Assembly: GCA_963745025.1 (NCBI GenBank)
Contig: CAVUWD010000020.1
Location: forward strand, 160,001 to 224,000
Source: an uncultured delta proteobacterium
GTDB lineage: Bacteria > Desulfobacterota > Binatia > JACPRU01
Length of the DNA stretch: 64,000 nucleotides
Direction: 5' to 3'
The position numbers and the translations under genes were made by a program. Below the pieces are notes generated by a model that was not told where the DNA came from, did not search any database, and saw nothing but the letters and a program-made list of their open reading frames with translations. Shown one piece after another: positions 59,901-64,000 of the stretch (positions within the stretch are counted from its first letter, which is position 1; each line of letters begins with the position of its first letter).

Positions 59901-61532
59901 CGCGATCGACATCACGAGCTCTTCGCGAAGCGGATCGATCGCGGGGTTGGTGACTTGTGCGAAGAGCTGTTTGAAATAGGCGAACAGCAGCTGCGGCCGG
60001 TCGGAGAGCACGGCGGGAGGCGTGTCGGTGCCCATCGAGCCGACGGCCTCCTGACCGTTGATCGCCATCGGCGCCATCAGCATCCTCAGGTCTTCGATCG
60101 TGTAGCCGAAGGCCTGCTGCTGCTCGAGGAGCGTCGCTCTGTCGAATGGCTCCGGGAGCGACGTCGTGGGTGGAAGGCCCCCGAGCTTGACGATGTTCGC
60201 GTCGAGCCACTGGCGGTAGGGCCTGCGCGCGGCCATCCCTTCCTTGATCTCCTCGTCGCCGACGATGCGACCGAGGCTCGTGTCCACCAGGAACATGCGC
60301 CCCGGCTGCAAGCGTCCCTTGGCCTCCACGCGCTCCGGCGGGATGTCGAGCACGCCCACCTCCGAAGCCATGACCACGAGCCCGTCCTTGGTGACGACGT
60401 AGCGCGAGGGACGAAGGCCGTTGCGATCGAGCACCGCGCCGATGCGCACGCCATCGGTGAAGGCAATCGACGCCGGGCCATCCCACGGCTCCATCAAGCA
60501 CGAGTGGTACTCGTAGAAGGCGCGCTTGGTCTCGCTCATCGTCTCGTGGTTCTGCCACGCCTCGGGAATCATCATCATGACGGCGTGGGCGATCGAGCGG
60601 CCGGTGAGGGTCAGAAGCTCGAGCGCGTTGTCGAACTTCGCCGAGTCGCTGCCGCGGGGATTGATGATCGGCCGGATCTTCTCGATGTCCTCGCCGAACA
60701 GTGCCGACTGAAACATCTTCTCCCGGGCGTGCATCCAGTTCTCGTTGCCGCGCAGCGTGTTGATCTCACCGTTGTGCGCGAGAAACCGGTACGGGTGGGC
60801 GCGATCCCACGAGGGGAGGGTGTTCGTGGAGAAGCGCTGGTGGACGAGCGCCAGTGCCGAGTCCATGGCCGGGTCGCGTAGATCTTGGTAGAAGCGCGGG
60901 ATCTGCCACGAGATCAGCAGTCCCTTGTACACGATCGTACGGCTCGAGAGGCTCGCGACGTGGAAGCTCTCCGAATCGGGCAGACGCGAAGCGGCCACGC
61001 GATTCTCCACGACCTTGCGCACGACGTAGAGCTTGCGCTCGAGCGTCGCCTGGTCCTTCACGCGACGGCCATCGCGCCCGATGAAGATCTGGCGGATCTC
61101 GGGCATCACGGCGCGCGCCTGCGGGCCGCACTCGGCGGGATCGATCGGCACATGGCGCCAGGCGATGAGCTTGAGCCCCGCTTGGCGAGTCGCGCTCTCG
61201 AAGATCTCCAGACACTCGTTTCGCTGGTTCGTCTCACGCGGCAAGAACACCGTGCCGACGCCGTACTCGCCGGGCTCGGGAAGACGGTGCTTCTGCGCCG
61301 CGAGTTCCTTCTTGAAGAACGCGTGCGGGATCTGCAGCAGGATGCCCGCGCCATCGCCGGTCAGCGGATCACATCCACAGGCGCCACGATGCTCGAGGTT
61401 GGCGAGAATGGTCAGACCCTTGTCGACGATGTCGCGCGACTTCACGCCGCGCACGTTGACGACGAAGCCGACTCCGCAGGCATCGTGCTCGAAGCGCGGG
61501 TCGTAGAGTCCTTGGGGACGGAGGAGCGTCAT
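57000..61532 (-). CDS. gltB: glutamate synthase large subunit, with three apparent +1 insertions (~58342, ~57983, ~57752)
   Basis: [79 protein letters not shown]. Confidence 0.95.
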
Positions 61533-62101
61533 GAGGCGACCCTCGTTCGCGGGGCGCCGTTCCGCCGCGCCTTCTTTTCGACGGTTGGCGGCTCGGCGCC
61601 GATCGGTGGGGCAGGCAACTTCGGGAGCTTCAGTTGCGACCGTTCGGTGTTCGTGGAGAGCACGACCATCGTCTCGGTCTTCTCGACGCCGTCGATCGAG
61701 CGTAACCGACTGATCAACGCCTCGAGCGAGGACGTGTTCGCGGTCTTGATCTTGAGGAGGAGAGTGTAAGCGCCCGTCACGTGATGACACTCGAGAACGT
61801 CCTCGATCGCCTGCACCTCGCTCTCGAAGCGCTCGATGAGACGCGGGTGACTGACGTAGACGCCGATGAAGGCGGTGATGTCCATGCCGAGCCGGCGCGC
61901 ATCGAGGATCGCGTGGTAGCCGCGAATGACGCCGCCGTCCTCGAGTTTTTTCACGCGCTCGATCACCGACGGCGCCGACAGTCCGACCTGCTCGCCGATC
62001 TTTGCGAGCGACGTGCGGCAGTTGTCCTGCAAGATGGCGAGAATACCGAGGTCGATCTCATCGAGCTCGAAGGGCTCGAATGGGTCGCTACCTAATTTCA
62101 T
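61529..62101 (-). CDS. Lrp/AsnC family transcriptional regulator
   Basis: LDEID..IL..LQ.N.R.S...[29 protein letters not shown]; ATGA overlap with gltB. Confidence 0.93.
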   Translation of the reverse strand: MKLGSDPFEPFELDEIDLGILAILQDNCRTSLAKIGEQVGLSAPSVIERVKKLEDGGVIRGYHAILDARRLGMDITAFIGVYVSHPRLIERFESEVQAIEDVLECHHVTGAYTLLLKIKTANTSSLEALISRLRSIDGVEKTETMVVLSTNTERSQLKLPKLPAPPIGAEPPTVEKKARRNGAPRTRVAS

Positions 62102-62216
62102 AAGGCAAAAACCTCAAACCACCGAATAGATAGTAAAAAAATCGGTCAGCCGTCAAGCTTTGTTAGGGGATTTGTGTTAGGGGATTTTGCATTGCCGGTA
62201 GTCGGAAGCCGGTAGC

Positions 62217-63335
62217 CTATTTTCCATAGGTGATCCGATACACCCCTCCGGCCTGATCGTCGGAGACGAGGAGCGCGCCGTCGGATGCGACGAGCACGTC
62301 GACCGGTCTGCCCCACGCCCGCCCATTCGGCTCGAGCCATCCTTCGGCGAAGCTCTCGAGCCGCTTCTCGCCCTGCTCGCCGGGGCGCGCGACGACGACT
62401 CGATAACCGATCGGCTTGCTGCGGTTCCACGACCCGTGTTCCGCGACGAAGATCTGGTTCCGATATTCGTCGGGGAACATCTTGCCGGTGTAGAATCGCA
62501 TGCCGAGCGCGGCGACGTGTGCCCCGAGGCCGAGCTCCGGGGGCGTGTACTTCGCGCACTCGTGTCCCGGACCGAACTGCGGGTCGGCGACGTCCTTCGC
62601 GTGGCAGTATGGAAACCCGAAGTGCATGCCGGCCCGCGGCGCGTGGTCGAGCTCGTCGTCGGGGACGTCGTCGCCCATGTTGTCGCGGCCGTTGTCGGTG
62701 AACCAGAGCTCCTTCGTCTTCGGATCCCAGTCGAAGCCGACGCTGTTGCGCACGCCGCTCGCGAAGACTTCCATGCCGGTTCCGTCGCTCTTCAGGCGTG
62801 TGATCGACGCGTACGGGGGATCGCGTAGGCAGACGTTGCAGGGGGCGCCCACGGGCACGTAGAGGAGCCCGTCGGGGCCGAAGGCGATGAACTTCCAGCC
62901 GTGCCAGGCATCGTGCGGATAGCCGTCGTAGAGAACGATCGGTTTCGGCGGATGCTCGAGGCGATTCTCGATGTCGTCGTAGCGGAGGATTTGCCACGCG
63001 TCGGCGACGTAGAGCGCTCCGTCTCGGAATGCGACGCCGTTCGGCGAGACGAGGCCCGAAGCAATGATCAACCCGTCGTCGCCGACGCCGTCGCGGTTGC
63101 GATCGACGATCGCATAGACGACGCCCGCGCGCTGGGTGCCGACGAAGAGCGTGCCATTCTTTCCGATCGCCATCTCGCGAGCGTTTGCCGCGCCGCCCGC
63201 GAAGAGGTTGATGCGGAAGCCGGCCGGCAGTTCGATCTTGTCGAGCGGATAGCGCTCGTTCGCCGGCTCGGCCCGTGCGACGAGCGGAAGGAGGAAGACG
63301 GCCGAGAGGGCGAGCAGGGTTCGACGCCAGAACAT
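62217..63335 (-). CDS. PQQ-dependent sugar/sorbosone dehydrogenase family beta-propeller
   Basis: signal peptide; LP.GF.I, PNGVA, HGWK...FGPDG.LY, GVRNSVG, AEHGSWNRS, GRPVDV. Confidence 0.9.
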   Translation of the reverse strand: MFWRRTLLALSAVFLLPLVARAEPANERYPLDKIELPAGFRINLFAGGAANAREMAIGKNGTLFVGTQRAGVVYAIVDRNRDGVGDDGLIIASGLVSPNGVAFRDGALYVADAWQILRYDDIENRLEHPPKPIVLYDGYPHDAWHGWKFIAFGPDGLLYVPVGAPCNVCLRDPPYASITRLKSDGTGMEVFASGVRNSVGFDWDPKTKELWFTDNGRDNMGDDVPDDELDHAPRAGMHFGFPYCHAKDVADPQFGPGHECAKYTPPELGLGAHVAALGMRFYTGKMFPDEYRNQIFVAEHGSWNRSKPIGYRVVVARPGEQGEKRLESFAEGWLEPNGRAWGRPVDVLVASDGALLVSDDQAGGVYRITYGK

Positions 63336-63353
63336 GCGGTGCTTATCTGCTCA

Positions 63354-63420
63354 CGGCTCCCCGCTGTCGGCGATCGGCACCCGTCTTTGCCGAAAAGCGA
63401 TCGCCGAGAGCGGATCGCCG
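63354..63420. repeat. divergent heptamer-armed stem-loop repeat copy
   Basis: CGGCTCC CCGCTGT CGGCGAT CGGCA...TCTTTGCC GAAAAGC GATCGCC GAGAGCG GATCGCC. Confidence 0.55.
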
Positions 63421-63819
63421 CTATTTCTTCTTGTCGAGCTCCAGCGCCAGCGAGTTGATGCAGTAGCGCAGATGCGTCGGCGCGGGCCCGTCCTCGAAGA
63501 CGTGGCCGAGATGCGCGTCGCATCGGGCGCAGAGCGCCTCGACGCGGTGCATCCCATGGCTCTGGTCGAGCTCGGTCGCGACCGCATCTTCGCCCACCGG
63601 TTTCCAGAAGCTCGGCCAGCCGGTGCCCGAATCGAATTTACTGTCCGAGCCGAAGAGTTCGGCCCCGCAGCAGACGCAGCGGTACGTGCCCTCCTCCTTG
63701 CAGTCGCAGTACTCGCCGGTGAACGCTCGCTCCGTCCCCTTCTGGCGCGTCACCGTGTATTGTTCCGGGGAGAGCTCGCGCTTCCATGCGTCCTCGGGCT
63801 TGAATACCTTGTCGCTCAT
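63421..63819 (-). CDS. msrB: peptide-methionine (R)-S-oxide reductase
   Basis: [32 protein letters not shown]. Confidence 0.97.
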   Translation of the reverse strand: MSDKVFKPEDAWKRELSPEQYTVTRQKGTERAFTGEYCDCKEEGTYRCVCCGAELFGSDSKFDSGTGWPSFWKPVGEDAVATELDQSHGMHRVEALCARCDAHLGHVFEDGPAPTHLRYCINSLALELDKKK

Positions 63820-63840
63820 GGGTTCCCTCCTGGCTGCTTC

Positions 63841-63999
63841 CTACAGAACGAGCTCGGCCAACGTGCGCAGCGCGTTTGCGTCGCGGGTGCCGAGCAGCAA
63901 CGCCTGGACGGGGCTCTCTCGCCATGCGGCGAGTCGGTCGCGGATGCGCTCGCGGGGGCCGACGAGGGAAATCTCGTCGGCCAGCGCGTCCGGCACGGC
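63841..63999 (-). CDS. LLM-class F420-dependent oxidoreductase, C-terminal fragment; 5' end outside window
   Basis: AVPDALADEISLVGPRERIRDRLAAWRESPV...LRTLAELVL*, a typical LLM C-terminus. Confidence 0.75.
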   Translation of the reverse strand, partial: AVPDALADEISLVGPRERIRDRLAAWRESPVQALLLGTRDANALRTLAELVL

Positions 64000-64000
64000 C

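Overview
GC-rich bacterial chromosomal segment. Gene content resembles Candidatus Binatia (deltaproteobacteria-like); this is inference, as no marker gene is present. I found no rRNA, tRNA, CRISPR array, transposase, integrase or prophage. Housekeeping blocks: cspA, cnoX, 1-Cys peroxiredoxin, ald, folD-gcvT-gcvH-gcvPA-gcvPB, tatA, a stand-alone aceE, an lrp-gltB-gltD unit and msrB. The left edge holds the tail of a DUF692 (MNIO)/DUF2063 RiPP-maturation pair. The best candidate for an undescribed system is an ~11 kb locus (36.0-47.1 kb) of a type normally seen in Chloroflexi and Archaea. It encodes three GT-C-type membrane proteins (TIGR03663/Agl23-like fused to NHL repeats, a PMT/ArnT-like protein, and a DUF2298 YYY protein), a polyprenol-P GT2, a GT4-methyltransferase fusion and an FAD oxidoreductase, and is probably a lipid-linked surface glycosylation pathway. 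Other notable signals: an orphan tandem NrdR-box pair beside a G-quadruplex motif between convergent genes, a basic coiled-coil/AT-hook protein that may be nucleoid-associated, a dispersed heptamer stem-loop repeat family, several long palindromes, two hydrolases with substituted catalytic residues, and several gene remnants. Clustered single-base indels (11.8-13.8 kb, 57.7-58.4 kb) look like long-read consensus errors.
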